NCBI GenBank assembly: GCA_964453185.1 | Contig: CAYVNN010000004.1 | Location: 128,706-192,705 of the forward strand | Direction of reading: 5' to 3' | Length of the DNA stretch: 64,000 nucleotides | DNA from: an uncultured Methanosarcinales archaeon | GTDB taxonomy: Archaea > Nanobdellota > Nanobdellia > Woesearchaeales > DSVV01 | Shown: positions 47,056-58,404 of the stretch, piece by piece | How positions within the stretch are numbered: position 1 is the first letter of the stretch | Layout of the letters: every line of letters begins with the position of its first letter | Notes under the pieces: model-generated | The model's input: only the letters and a program-made list of their open reading frames with translations | Databases searched by the model: none | What the model was told of the DNA's origin: nothing | Made by a program: the position numbers and the translations under genes

Positions 47056-49650
47056 ATGGAAAATTACGTATACAAGCAAGTAAAAAACATTACATTTGGT
47101 GTGTTGAGTCCAAAAGTCTTGAAAAAGATGGCTACAGCGAAGATTGTTACACCTGAGTTGTATGATAAAGAAGGTTATCCTGTTGATGGTGGATTAATGG
47201 ACATTAGACTTGGAGTTATTGATCCAGGTCTTACATGTAAAACATGTGGCTGTAAATTAAAAGAATGTCCTGGACATTTTGGTTATATTGAATTAGCTAG
47301 ACCTGTTATTCATATTAAATTTATTGATCTAGTTTTAAATCTATTAAGATGTACATGTAGAGAATGTGGTAAAGTTTTAATTCCAAAAAATAAAATATCT
47401 AAATATACTGAATTACTTAATCAAATTGAAGATGATTCTGATTTGAAGTTAAGAAGAATGAAAGTTAAAGAGATTATTGCATCTCTTAAAACAATAAACA
47501 AATGTCCTCATTGTAAAAGTCGACAAATGAAGGTTGCTTTAGAAAAACCAACAACAATATTAGAGAATGAAAAAAGGATTACTCCAATTGAAATTAGGGC
47601 AAGACTTGAGAAAATTCCTGACGAGGATTGTGTTGTTTTTGGTATTAATCCTAAAGCAATGAGACCAGAGTGGTCAGTTCTTACAGTTCTGCCAATTCCT
47701 CCAGTAACCATGAGGCCAAGTATTACTTTGGAAAGTGGTGAAAGAAGTGAAGATGATCTTACTCATAAATTAGGGGATATTGTTAGAATTAATCAAAGAT
47801 TATTTGAGAATATTAATGCAGGTGCGCCTGAAATTATTATTGAAGATTTGTGGGATTTATTACAATATCATGTTACAACATTTTTTGATAATGCTGTCGC
47901 ACAACTACCTCCTGCAAGACATAGATCTGGTCAACCACTAAAGACAATTACTACTAGAATAAAAAGTAAAGAAGGGAGGATTAGACATAATCTAGCAGGT
48001 AAGAGAGTTAACTTTAGTGCAAGAACAGTTATTAGTCCAGATCCAATGTTAAGTATGAATGAAGTCGGAGTTCCACTTAAAATTGCAATGAATTTAACAG
48101 TCCCTGAGAAAGTTAGAGATTGGAATATTGAATATCTTAAGAAATTTATTGAGAATGGTTCTGTTACATATCCTGGAGCAAATTATGTTGTTAGACCAGA
48201 TGGTAAAAAGAAAAAGATTACAGATGATATGAAAGAGCAGATTCTGGAAGAAATTCAACCAGGTTATACTGTTGAGAGACACTTGTTAAATGGTGATATT
48301 GCTTTATTTAACAGACAACCATCATTACACAGGATGTCAATGATGTCTCATTTAGTTAAAGTATTACCTAATAGGACATTAAGATTAAATCCTGCAGTAT
48401 GTGCTCCTTATAATGCTGATTTTGATGGAGACGAGATGAATCTTCATATTCCACAAACAGAAGAAGCAAGAGCAGAAGCAGAAATTTTAATGCAAGTACA
48501 AACTCAAATTATTTCTCCTAGGTATGGGTTAAGTATTATTGGTTGTGTACAAGATTCGATTTCAGGTAATTATTTACTTACAAAATCTCTTGATATTCCA
48601 AGAGATGAAGCAGTTGAATTATTATTAGCAGCAAGAATCCCTCAAGCAGGAAAATTATCTAATAAGAAAACAGTTACAGGTAAAGAAATTTTTAGTGTAG
48701 TGTTACCAGATGACTTAAATTTTTTAGGTTATACTAAATCTTATTCAGGAGATAAGAAGAAAGATGATGCAAATGATGCGATTGTTGAGATTAAGAAAGG
48801 AAAATTAGTTAAAGGCATTATGGATAAAGCTAATCTTGGAAGTGGTTCAGGTATTTTATTAAGAGTTTTACATAAACAATATGGTGCTGAAAAAACAATT
48901 GATGTTTTAGGGCAAATATTTAGATTAGGTATTGAAGTTCTTTTAAAATTTGGATTTACTGTACCAATCTCAGATTCAGATCTTCCTAAATCAGCTAGAG
49001 AAAAAATAAGAGATGCATTAGATCAATCTTATAAAGAGGTTGATGAGTTAATTTCGTTGTATGATAAAGGAGAACTTGAAGCATTTCCAGGGAGGAGTGT
49101 AGAAGAAACATTAGAATTAAAGATCTTAGAAAGATTAAATCTTGCAAGAAATGAGACTGGTAAGATTGTTGCAGACTATTCAACTATAGAAACACATACT
49201 TTAGTTATGTCTAAATCTGGAGCAAAAGGTAGTCACCTTAATTTAGCTCAGATGGCAGCATGTGTAGGTCAGCAAGCGATGAGGGGAAATAGGATTAACA
49301 AAGGATATAAAAATAGAACATTGTCATCTTTTAATAAAGGCGATTTAAGTCCAGGTGCAAGAGGATTTATTAAGAATAGCTTTAAGTCAGGGATGACACC
49401 TACTGAGTTTTTCTTTGCAGCAATGACTGGAAGGGATTCACTGATGGATACAGCACTTAGAACACCTAAGTCTGGTTATCTTTATAGAAGACTTTCAAAT
49501 GCTTTACAAGATTTAAAAGTTGAATATGATAATACTGTTAGAGATGCATCAAGAAGAATTGTACAGTTTGAGTATGGTGAAGATAAAATTGATGTATCAA
49601 AAAGTGAGAATGGTAAGCTGAATGTTAAATCAATAATTAATTCAGTATAA
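47056..49650 (+). CDS. rpoA1: RNA polymerase subunit A'
   Basis: CPGHFG and catalytic YNADFDGDEMN motifs. Confidence 0.98.
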   Translation: MENYVYKQVKNITFGVLSPKVLKKMATAKIVTPELYDKEGYPVDGGLMDIRLGVIDPGLTCKTCGCKLKECPGHFGYIELARPVIHIKFIDLVLNLLRCTCRECGKVLIPKNKISKYTELLNQIEDDSDLKLRRMKVKEIIASLKTINKCPHCKSRQMKVALEKPTTILENEKRITPIEIRARLEKIPDEDCVVFGINPKAMRPEWSVLTVLPIPPVTMRPSITLESGERSEDDLTHKLGDIVRINQRLFENINAGAPEIIIEDLWDLLQYHVTTFFDNAVAQLPPARHRSGQPLKTITTRIKSKEGRIRHNLAGKRVNFSARTVISPDPMLSMNEVGVPLKIAMNLTVPEKVRDWNIEYLKKFIENGSVTYPGANYVVRPDGKKKKITDDMKEQILEEIQPGYTVERHLLNGDIALFNRQPSLHRMSMMSHLVKVLPNRTLRLNPAVCAPYNADFDGDEMNLHIPQTEEARAEAEILMQVQTQIISPRYGLSIIGCVQDSISGNYLLTKSLDIPRDEAVELLLAARIPQAGKLSNKKTVTGKEIFSVVLPDDLNFLGYTKSYSGDKKKDDANDAIVEIKKGKLVKGIMDKANLGSGSGILLRVLHKQYGAEKTIDVLGQIFRLGIEVLLKFGFTVPISDSDLPKSAREKIRDALDQSYKEVDELISLYDKGELEAFPGRSVEETLELKILERLNLARNETGKIVADYSTIETHTLVMSKSGAKGSHLNLAQMAACVGQQAMRGNRINKGYKNRTLSSFNKGDLSPGARGFIKNSFKSGMTPTEFFFAAMTGRDSLMDTALRTPKSGYLYRRLSNALQDLKVEYDNTVRDASRRIVQFEYGEDKIDVSKSENGKLNVKSIINSV

Positions 49651-49663
49651 TGAAATTTAATAA

Positions 49664-50821
<1,158 letters not shown>

Positions 50822-51106
50822 ATGGCAAAGAAAACATTTGTTGATAAAGATATTGAAGAGATTAAAAAAGGGTTATTATCAAAAAAGATATTGTTGGGAG
50901 CAGATCTAACATTAAAAAATCTTAAGTTAGGTAATTTAAGTGTAGTTTACATGGCTTCAAACAGTCCGGTTGGACTAAAACAAGATATTATTAAATACGC
51001 AGAAATTAATAGTACTAAGGTTGTTGAATTAAATTATCCTAATGATGAATTAGGAACACTTTGTAAAAAACCTTTTTCTGTAGCAGTTTTAGGACAACTT
51101 AAATAG
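50822..51106 (+). CDS. rpl30e: 50S ribosomal protein L30e
   Basis: ELGTLCKKPFSV; conserved operon position. Confidence 0.93.
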   Translation: MAKKTFVDKDIEEIKKGLLSKKILLGADLTLKNLKLGNLSVVYMASNSPVGLKQDIIKYAEINSTKVVELNYPNDELGTLCKKPFSVAVLGQLK

Positions 51107-51114
51107 GTTAAAAA

Positions 51115-51540
51115 ATGTCTCAACAACGAAGAAAACTTAATGTAGAATTGATTGGATATATGAATATTTTTGCAAAGATTACTAGAACTAATGTTAAAGA
51201 TTGTTTTGTGGATAATAATGGTCTTTTAACTTTTATAGTAAATGAATTGGATATTGGTAAAGCAGTAGGAAAAAAAGCTTCTAATGTTAGGACAATTGAA
51301 AATAGATTAAAAAAGAGGATTAAGATAGTAGGATATAGTGAGAATTTACTTACTTTTATTAAGAATATAATTTATCCTTTAGCAGTAAGGGAGATAATTG
51401 AGGAAGAAGGAGTGGTTTCTATTACTCCTAATGATTCAAAAACAAAAAGTTTATTAATTGGGAGAAATGCCCAGAACTTACGGAATACTGAGACAATAGT
51501 CAAGAGATACTTCAGTATTAACGAAATTAAGGTCATATAG
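51115..51540 (+). CDS. nusA: Archaeal NusA (KH domains)
   Basis: IGKAVGKK and LIGRNAQNL motifs; operon position. Confidence 0.92.
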   Translation: MSQQRRKLNVELIGYMNIFAKITRTNVKDCFVDNNGLLTFIVNELDIGKAVGKKASNVRTIENRLKKRIKIVGYSENLLTFIKNIIYPLAVREIIEEEGVVSITPNDSKTKSLLIGRNAQNLRNTETIVKRYFSINEIKVI

Positions 51541-51561
51541 GCTTTTATAAGGGAAATAACA

Positions 51562-51999
51562 ATGGCAAAGAAATCAAAAGGAATAAATGCGGCTAAAAAG
51601 CTTGATAATAGGAGAGCTAAATTTAAATGGAATTGTAAGAATTTTGTTAAGAGAATCTTAAATTTAAAGAAAAAATCAGATCCTTTGGGTGGATCTTCTC
51701 AAGCTAAAGGTATTGTTTTACAAAAGCTTCAATTAGAAGCTAAACAGCCAAATTCAGCAATGAGGAAGTGTGTTAGAGTACAGCTTATTAAGAATGGTAA
51801 GCAGGTAACTGCATTTTTACCTGGTGATGGAGCAACTAAGCTTGTTGATGAACACGATGAAGTTATGATTGAATGTATTGGCGGTAACAAAGGAAGATCT
51901 AAAGGAGACATTCCAGGGGTTAGATGGCAAGTTCTTAAAGTTAATGATCAATCATTAAATGCATTATTAAGAGGGAAATTAGAAAAAGCTAGAAAATAA
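51562..51999 (+). CDS. rps12: 30S ribosomal protein S12
   Basis: [17 protein letters not shown] and GDIPGVRW motifs. Confidence 0.98.
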   Translation: MAKKSKGINAAKKLDNRRAKFKWNCKNFVKRILNLKKKSDPLGGSSQAKGIVLQKLQLEAKQPNSAMRKCVRVQLIKNGKQVTAFLPGDGATKLVDEHDEVMIECIGGNKGRSKGDIPGVRWQVLKVNDQSLNALLRGKLEKARK

Positions 52000-52027
52000 G
52001 TTTTTAATTAATAGGTGATTAAATATA

Positions 52028-52627
52028 ATGGCAGGATTAAAATTGTTTAATAAATGGTCAATGGATGGCATTGGTGTAGATGATCCAGGATTAAAGGGTT
52101 ATGTTAATTTAAAACCAGTATTAGTACCAAAAACAGGTGCAAGATATGCAGGTAATAGATTTCATAAATCAAAGATTAATGTAGTTGAAAGATTAATTAA
52201 TAAATTCATGGTTCCTGGGCACAAGTCTAAGAAACACTTTAAATCTTCAGGGCATTGTACTGGTAAGGCAAATAAGGCATGTGATGCAATTGAACAAACA
52301 TTTGATCTTATTGAGAAAAGAACAAAGAAGAATCCTGTTGAAGTTTTTATTAAAGCACTTGAAAATGCTGCACCAAGAGAAGAAATAATTGCAATTGAAT
52401 ATGGTGGAGCAAGATATCCTAAAGCAGTTGAAGTTGCACCACAGAGAAGAATTGACATTGTATTAAGATATTTTGTACAGGGTGCATATCATAAAGCTTT
52501 TAATTCTAAGAAAAAAGAAGTTGATTGTTTAGCAGATGAAATTATTAATGCTTATAATTTAAGTCCAAACTCATTAGCAGTTTCTAAAAAGAATGAGTTG
52601 GAAAGACAAGCAGATTCAAGTCGATAA
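52028..52627 (+). CDS. rps7: 30S ribosomal protein S7
   Basis: VERLINK, NAAPREE and APQRRID motifs. Confidence 0.97.
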   Translation: MAGLKLFNKWSMDGIGVDDPGLKGYVNLKPVLVPKTGARYAGNRFHKSKINVVERLINKFMVPGHKSKKHFKSSGHCTGKANKACDAIEQTFDLIEKRTKKNPVEVFIKALENAAPREEIIAIEYGGARYPKAVEVAPQRRIDIVLRYFVQGAYHKAFNSKKKEVDCLADEIINAYNLSPNSLAVSKKNELERQADSSR

Positions 52628-52679
52628 TTATCTTAATTATTTTCTTATTATTCTCTCGACATTTTTCTTTTTAGTAAAC

Positions 52680-52744
52680 TATATATAATGCCTACTCCAA
52701 AGTCGTCTGGCATTATAAGACTTTACTGCCGTAAAGTATATATA
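52680..52744 (+). mobile_element. Family B element
   Basis: TATATATAATGCC-TACTCCAAAGTCGTCT-GGCATTAT-AAG-ACTTTAC-TGCC-GTAAAGT-ATATATA. Confidence 0.75.
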
Positions 52745-52767
52745 CTATTAATTACTACTATGTTATT

Positions 52768-53382
52768 ATGTGGGAGAATACTGTTGATTCGGATGACTTG
52801 CTTTGTCATGAAAGAAAGTTTAAGGAGTTTAATGTTAGGATTGAAGCAAGGAAAAATGTTGATTCTGAGAGTAAAAAATGGGAGATTTTTAGAACATATT
52901 ATAATGATACTAGCTTAAATTATACTGAAGAATTCTTTACTACAACCAGAGATAAAGCAGAAGCATTAATTGAAACACTTATGAGAGATAAGTTATTAAC
53001 GAATCATGAGTTAACAAAGATAAAACTTGAACAAAGGAAAGGCATCAAATTAAATATAAATAGGGTTTTTAAGGATTATAATGTTGAGAAGTGGATTGTA
53101 TGTGTTAATCATGAAAAAGAGAAGAATGTTGTTTATATTAGGGATGCAGAGATGTTAGAGATTGACTTTATTATGAATGAGAAATATAAGCATATTATGA
53201 AAAAGGTATCTAAAGAATTTATTAAAATATTAGGATATAATAATAGTATTTTTGATAAGGCAACTAATGTGTATTATTTTAAAGAAAAAACAGAAAGATA
53301 TTCAAAAGCATCTTCAAAAAACATTCTAGTTAGTAAGGTTGAGGTTGGACTAGACTATAACTCAGATGAGAATATTGATTGA
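52768..53382 (+). CDS. Hypothetical protein
   Basis: 204-aa ORF; no recognised motif. Confidence 0.7.
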   Translation: MWENTVDSDDLLCHERKFKEFNVRIEARKNVDSESKKWEIFRTYYNDTSLNYTEEFFTTTRDKAEALIETLMRDKLLTNHELTKIKLEQRKGIKLNINRVFKDYNVEKWIVCVNHEKEKNVVYIRDAEMLEIDFIMNEKYKHIMKKVSKEFIKILGYNNSIFDKATNVYYFKEKTERYSKASSKNILVSKVEVGLDYNSDENID

Positions 53383-53445
53383 ATTTGTTCTTTTTCTCCG
53401 CAATACTTATAAATCTTGATTGAAATTTCTTTTATTAATACAAAA

Positions 53446-54543
53446 ATGGCAAACTATTATGAGAAGATTAAGGAATTTGAAGATGAGCTGAAGAAGACTA
53501 AATATAATAAGAAAACACAGCATCATATTGGTTTAGTAAAGGCAAAGATTGCTCAGCTTAAAGATAAAGAGGTTAAACGGAGTTCTGGAAAGGGTAAACA
53601 AGAAGGTTATTCTGTTAGAAGGAGTGGAGATGCTACTGTTATAATGGTTGGTTTTCCATCTTCAGGTAAGTCTACTTTATTGAATGCAATCACTGGTGCA
53701 AATTCTCCAGTAGGTGCATATGAGTTTACTACATTAGATGTTGTTCCAGGTGTATTAGAACATAAAGAGTCTAAGATTCAAATTTTAGATGTTCCAGGTA
53801 TTGTACATGGTGCAGCAATGGGAAGAGGAAGAGGAAAAGAAGTATTGTCTTGTTTATATAATGCTGATCTTATTATGTTTATGGTTGATGTTACAAGACC
53901 TGAAGCTTTGAGTGTTTTACAAAAAGAAGTTTATGATTCAAATGTTAGAGTTAATAAAAGAAAACCAGATGTTAGGATTAGGAAAACTGCAAGGGGTGGA
54001 GTAAGAGTTGGGAAAACAGTATTATTACCTGATTTGAAGGATGCAACTGTTAAATCTATACTTAAAGAATTTAGAATAAATAATGCTGATATAACAATTA
54101 GATCAAAGATAGATGCAGATGGATTAATTGATGTAATTGAAGGAAATAAGAGATATATTCCAGGTATGATCATATTAAATAAAATGGATCTTGTTGATGA
54201 AAAAAGGTTGGAAGAGTTAAAAAAGGAGATAAAACCAGATGTTTGTATCTCTGCAGATCAAGAAATTAATTTAGAAGAATTGAAAGATATGGTTTTTAAT
54301 AAGTTAAGATTTATTAGAGTTTATTGTAAAGAAGTTAGGAAGAAAGCTGATATGGGTGTCCCTTTAATCTTACAGGAAGGAGCTACATTGAGAACAATGT
54401 GTGTTAAATTACATAAAGATTTTGTTACTAAGTTTAGGTTTGCAAGAATATGGGGTAAGTCTGTTAAGTTTGATGGTCAAAAATTGTTAAAATTAAAACA
54501 TAGGTTGAAGGATAAGGATGTTGTTGAAATACATTTAAGGTAA
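53446..54543 (+). CDS. DRG/OBG-family GTPase with a TGS domain
   Basis: GFPSSGKSTLL, YEFTT, DVPG, NKMD and ARIWGKS motifs. Confidence 0.95.
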   Translation: MANYYEKIKEFEDELKKTKYNKKTQHHIGLVKAKIAQLKDKEVKRSSGKGKQEGYSVRRSGDATVIMVGFPSSGKSTLLNAITGANSPVGAYEFTTLDVVPGVLEHKESKIQILDVPGIVHGAAMGRGRGKEVLSCLYNADLIMFMVDVTRPEALSVLQKEVYDSNVRVNKRKPDVRIRKTARGGVRVGKTVLLPDLKDATVKSILKEFRINNADITIRSKIDADGLIDVIEGNKRYIPGMIILNKMDLVDEKRLEELKKEIKPDVCISADQEINLEELKDMVFNKLRFIRVYCKEVRKKADMGVPLILQEGATLRTMCVKLHKDFVTKFRFARIWGKSVKFDGQKLLKLKHRLKDKDVVEIHLR

Positions 54544-54544
54544 G

Positions 54545-54778
54545 ATGGCAGAAAGAGTAAATACTGGTGGGACAGTTGATTTTGAATATAGTAAAGAGGA
54601 TATGGATAGAATCAGGAATACAGATACTGATTCTACAAGAGATTTTAAAGAAGGATTAAAGAAACATTATTCTGAACTTGAAGAGAGAAGAAAAAGAAAT
54701 AAGATATTTCTTGAAATAATGGCTATTTTAGCTGTTGTAATAATTATTGGAATTGTTGTTTATTGGTACTTGTTATAA
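54545..54778 (+). CDS. Small protein with a C-terminal TM anchor
   Basis: 77 aa; directly downstream of the GTPase. Confidence 0.7.
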   Translation: MAERVNTGGTVDFEYSKEDMDRIRNTDTDSTRDFKEGLKKHYSELEERRKRNKIFLEIMAILAVVIIIGIVVYWYLL

Positions 54779-55981
54779 AGTCAAATATATTATAACAGGT
54801 AAAATCAAACATCCCATTGCATGATTCCTACCAACACCTAATTCTGCTGGTATTATTCCTATCATTGTTGATGTGAATAATATTATTAATCCAATCCAAC
54901 TTGAGAAATAGAAAGTTAATCCTATTATTAATGAAAGGATACTTAATATTAATATTTGATAGTTTACTTTAACAATTATTTTTGCAAATATCTTTGTAAT
55001 TTTTAGTGCAAGGAATGTTGCTATCCCTCCTGTGATTAATGCAGAACAGATAAAGATCATTAATATTACTCTATTTAACCCAATTGATTCAATAAGTTCA
55101 CTAACTACAATAACTGCTCCATTCCTTGCTTTATCTATTGTGTAAAGTGTTATTAAACTAAGAACAAAGTTTACTGTATTTATACCTCCAACTAATATCA
55201 TAAATCCATAATCACCAACCTCTTTTGTAAATTGTTGTGCAATCACAGCTCCTTGTGCTGCTCCAAGTCCAGGGAAAAAACCAGTTAAAGAACCAGCTAA
55301 TGTACTTGCTAATAATGCTTTAAATGTTGTTTTTTTATCAACAATAATATTTTCTTCAAAACTTTGTTCTGGGATGTTTACCTTATCTTTAATACTAATT
55401 ACTAACATACTTACTCCAAATAATCCACTTAACATTGCAAATAAAGGATTGTTTAAGTTTGGCATGTTAAGAACAATTAATCCTAAAACTCCACTTAATA
55501 AAAATACAACAAAGTTCCATTTTCTTTTTTTGTCTTTCAAGATCATAAATAACATAATGAAAATGAGTAAATAACCAATGTAATCTTTAAGTCTTAGATA
55601 TATTAAAGGAAATATTGTGATTGTTATAGGTATCATTACTATTGCTAAAATAAGTGCACCTAAACTACCTATGACTGTTAATTTGATTGCTTCAAAGGCT
55701 TTTCCTTCTAATAATAATTTATGTCCTGGTAATATTGACAATGCAGTGTCTGCATCAGGGGCACCTAAGAATACAGATGGAATAAAGTCAAGGAATGAGT
55801 GAGTTGTTGACATTGATATAATAAATACAGATAAGATAATAGGATTGGTGTAATTTAATAGTATAGGAGATAATGATAGAAGAAGGAGTGATATTAGGTT
55901 TATATGTATTCCTGGTATTAAACCAGTTATGATTCCACAAAAAACACCGAAAATTATAGCAATAATTAATTCATATATCAT
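54773..55981 (-). CDS. TctA-family (tripartite tricarboxylate transporter-like) membrane protein
   Basis: GLIPGIHIN, FIPSVFLGAPD...LPGH and GFFPGLG motifs. Confidence 0.88.
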   Translation of the reverse strand: MIYELIIAIIFGVFCGIITGLIPGIHINLISLLLLSLSPILLNYTNPIILSVFIISMSTTHSFLDFIPSVFLGAPDADTALSILPGHKLLLEGKAFEAIKLTVIGSLGALILAIVMIPITITIFPLIYLRLKDYIGYLLIFIMLFMILKDKKRKWNFVVFLLSGVLGLIVLNMPNLNNPLFAMLSGLFGVSMLVISIKDKVNIPEQSFEENIIVDKKTTFKALLASTLAGSLTGFFPGLGAAQGAVIAQQFTKEVGDYGFMILVGGINTVNFVLSLITLYTIDKARNGAVIVVSELIESIGLNRVILMIFICSALITGGIATFLALKITKIFAKIIVKVNYQILILSILSLIIGLTFYFSSWIGLIILFTSTMIGIIPAELGVGRNHAMGCLILPVIIYLTL

Positions 55982-56148
55982 ATTTTTCTTAATGAAGAAT
56001 TCTTTTTAAAGTTGATCTAAGAATATCCGGATGTTTTTTACTTATCTTTGTTACTATTCCCGAGTTTTTCCGGATGTTTTCTATAAACATATTTATTGCT
56101 AAAAAATAGTTAAAATACCGATAATTTTAAATATAGAGACCTCTAAAA

Positions 56149-56205
56149 TATATATAATCCCGACTTTGTCGAGATTATAGGACTTTACTTTGTAAAGTAT
56201 ATATA
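56149..56205 (+). mobile_element. Family B element
   Basis: TATATATAATCCCGAC-TTT-GTCGAGATTAT-AGG-ACTTTAC-TTT-GTAAAGT-ATATATA. Confidence 0.75.
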
Positions 56206-56258
56206 ATACTTTTTAGTAAGGTATTATGTTAACCATAAAAAAAAGATGGAGGGATAGT

Positions 56259-56669
56259 ATGAAAAGAATATTAGCACTAATGGTGGTTATTGTTTTAATG
56301 TTTTCACTTACAGGATGCTGGGGAAGTGATGAAGAAGTTGTTGTAGAACCAGAACCAGTTGTGGTACCAGAGCCAGCACCAGTAGTAGAAGAACCAGAAG
56401 AAGTTTTTGAAGTGATGGAAGTAGAAGATCCTATTGCTGTTAAAGAAGAAGCTAAAGCATCTGGTAACTGTGTTGATACTGATGGTGGAGCAAACTATTA
56501 TGTTAAAGGAGAAGCTTATAATCCAGAAGGTGGACATGATGATGACACTTGTAGTAGAAGTGATGTTTATGTAAACAGACTTTATGAAATGGTTTGTGAA
56601 GGCGATGAAAAAGTCAGGCTAACATTTGAATGTCCAAATGGATGTGAAGATGGAGCTTGTTTAGAATAA
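56259..56669 (+). CDS. Lipoprotein with a Pro/Glu linker and a C-terminal Cys-rich C-x-DTDGG module
   Basis: GGAGG RBS; lipobox LTGC; CVDTDGG...LYE-x-x-C...CPNGCEDGAC. Confidence 0.82.
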   Translation: MKRILALMVVIVLMFSLTGCWGSDEEVVVEPEPVVVPEPAPVVEEPEEVFEVMEVEDPIAVKEEAKASGNCVDTDGGANYYVKGEAYNPEGGHDDDTCSRSDVYVNRLYEMVCEGDEKVRLTFECPNGCEDGACLE

Positions 56670-56760
56670 ATTTATTTTATTTTTTTATTACTTTTTTCTT
56701 AATTTTTACAAAGATTTATATACCTGTTTTTAAATTAATTATTAAAATGAGGTGATTTTC

Positions 56761-57084
56761 ATGTGTAAGTTTTTAAAATGGCATGAGAAATGTTTTAAAA
56801 CTATGACTTATTGGAAAGTTATTTTAGCTATTTCTGGTAAGATGTTAATAATATTTGGATTAGGTATTTGGTTAGCAGAATACTTGTGTAAATTAATATG
56901 GGTATTTGTTGTTTTAGGATTGTTAATGACAATACCGGCTACATTAGAATTTTGTAAGATGAAATGTAGTTGCTGTAAAACTAAAAAAGCTCGACCAAAG
57001 GCAAGAAAAGTAACAAAAAAGAGAGTAGTTAAGAGAAAAGTAGCAAAGAAGAAGCCAAAAAGAAAAACAAAGAAAAGAAGATAA
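56761..57084 (+). CDS. Small 2-TM protein with a Lys/Arg-rich tail
   Basis: GAGGTGA RBS; hydrophobic helices followed by KKARPKARKVTKKR... Confidence 0.7.
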   Translation: MCKFLKWHEKCFKTMTYWKVILAISGKMLIIFGLGIWLAEYLCKLIWVFVVLGLLMTIPATLEFCKMKCSCCKTKKARPKARKVTKKRVVKRKVAKKKPKRKTKKRR

Positions 57085-57117
57085 ATATAATTTTGTTTTA
57101 TTTCTTTATTTTTTATA

Positions 57118-57514
57118 TTAACTATAAACATATATTTCTTTTCCTAACATATCATTATCTTCATATTCACTTAAATACTTTGCAGCTATTTCAGTGTATG
57201 TGCTATCACTACCTGAGACGATGATTATGTTTATATCTTCATATTGAGTAAGCATGATGATTCCACCAATTGTAAAATCTTCATATTCATTTAATTTTAA
57301 TACTTCCATTATTAATGGATTATCACATGGTGTTCCAATTAATATTAGATTTTGATCATCAATATCATCATGTAATATCTGTTATAAATTTTTGTTCATT
57401 TATTGTTTCAGTATTTTCTCTTGTTTCTTTTTTACATGATATTAAAGTTAGGATTAATGTAATTATACATATTATTGTAAATATCTTTATTATCTTGTTT
57501 TTCAATGTTATCAT
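57118..57514 (-). pseudogene. Frameshifted lipoprotein carrying an S-layer C-terminal-like domain
   Basis: Frame 1 is MITLKNK...LISC-KKE...ITDIT-stop (57368); the shifted frame continues NLILIGTPCDNPL...IIIVSGSD...AAKYL, resembling the S-layer NIVAVGGPCAN...VVIAGQD domain. Confidence 0.65.
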
Positions 57515-57519
57515 CTTTA

Positions 57520-58404
57520 TTATTTATTTAGTAGTCTAATAATTTCAGAAGGATGTTCTGCAACTTCTACTCTTGATTTTACTAATGCTTTTATCTTTGC
57601 TTCATATGTACCTTCTGTTCCTGATATAATGGCACCAGCATGTCCCATTCTTTTACCTTTTGGAGCACACTTTCCTGCGATATAAGCTACAACTTTCTTT
57701 TTAATATTCTTTTTAATGAATTTGGCAGCTTTTTCTTCTGCATCTCCACCAATTTCTCCAACCATAACAATTTGTTTTGTTTCTTTATCTTGTTCAAATT
57801 GTTTAAGAATATCAATAAAATCTGTGCCTAATATAGGATCACCACCAATACCAATGCACGTACTTTGACCATAACCTGCTTTTGTTAATTCATTTACTAT
57901 TTCATATGTTAATGTTCCACTTCTTGAAACAACACCAATCTTTTTGTTTTCTTTATTTTTTGTAAATATTTTATGTGGCATAATTCCTAGTTTACATTCT
58001 CCAGGATTAATAAGACCAGGAGAGTTTGGACCAATTACGATCCTTTTCTTCTTTTTAGCATAATTTATGATCTCAAGAACATCGTAAATTGGAATATGTT
58101 CTGTTAAAATAATTATATTTAATCCATTTTGTAGTGCTTCATGTGCTGCTTCTTTTGCATTAAGGGCAGGAACAAATAGCATTGACCATTCAATCTTGTG
58201 TCCTTCTTTTTTGGAATACATTATTGCTTCATTAACACTTCCAAACACAGGTAGTCCATGTACTTTTAGTCCTCCTTTGTTTGGTGTAACTCCTGCAATT
58301 ATTTTTGTTCCATAATCTAACATTACTTTAGTATGGAAACTACCATGGTGTCCAGTTATTCCTTGGATAATTGCTTTTGTGTTTTTGTTGATTATTATAC
58401 TCAT
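57520..58404 (-). CDS. sucD: Succinyl-CoA synthetase alpha subunit
   Basis: QGITG, GVTP-x-KGG, SRSGTLTYE, GIGGD and RMGHAGAI (phospho-His) motifs. Confidence 0.96.
   Translation of the reverse strand: MSIIINKNTKAIIQGITGHHGSFHTKVMLDYGTKIIAGVTPNKGGLKVHGLPVFGSVNEAIMYSKKEGHKIEWSMLFVPALNAKEAAHEALQNGLNIIILTEHIPIYDVLEIINYAKKKKRIVIGPNSPGLINPGECKLGIMPHKIFTKNKENKKIGVVSRSGTLTYEIVNELTKAGYGQSTCIGIGGDPILGTDFIDILKQFEQDKETKQIVMVGEIGGDAEEKAAKFIKKNIKKKVVAYIAGKCAPKGKRMGHAGAIISGTEGTYEAKIKALVKSRVEVAEHPSEIIRLLNK

Noticed and set aside
52627..52768. Absence of EF-2 after rps7
   Set aside because: Breakage of this operon is unremarkable; the gene is probably elsewhere in the genome
56027..56080. 12-bp direct repeat TCCGGATGTTTT in the tctA/lipoprotein divergent spacer
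   Set aside because: Only two short copies; possibly an operator, but no further support
57368..57385. Stop-codon readthrough or recoding in the small S-layer-like gene
   Set aside because: The two halves are in different frames, so this is a frameshift; TAA, TAG and TGA all act as normal stops elsewhere in the window
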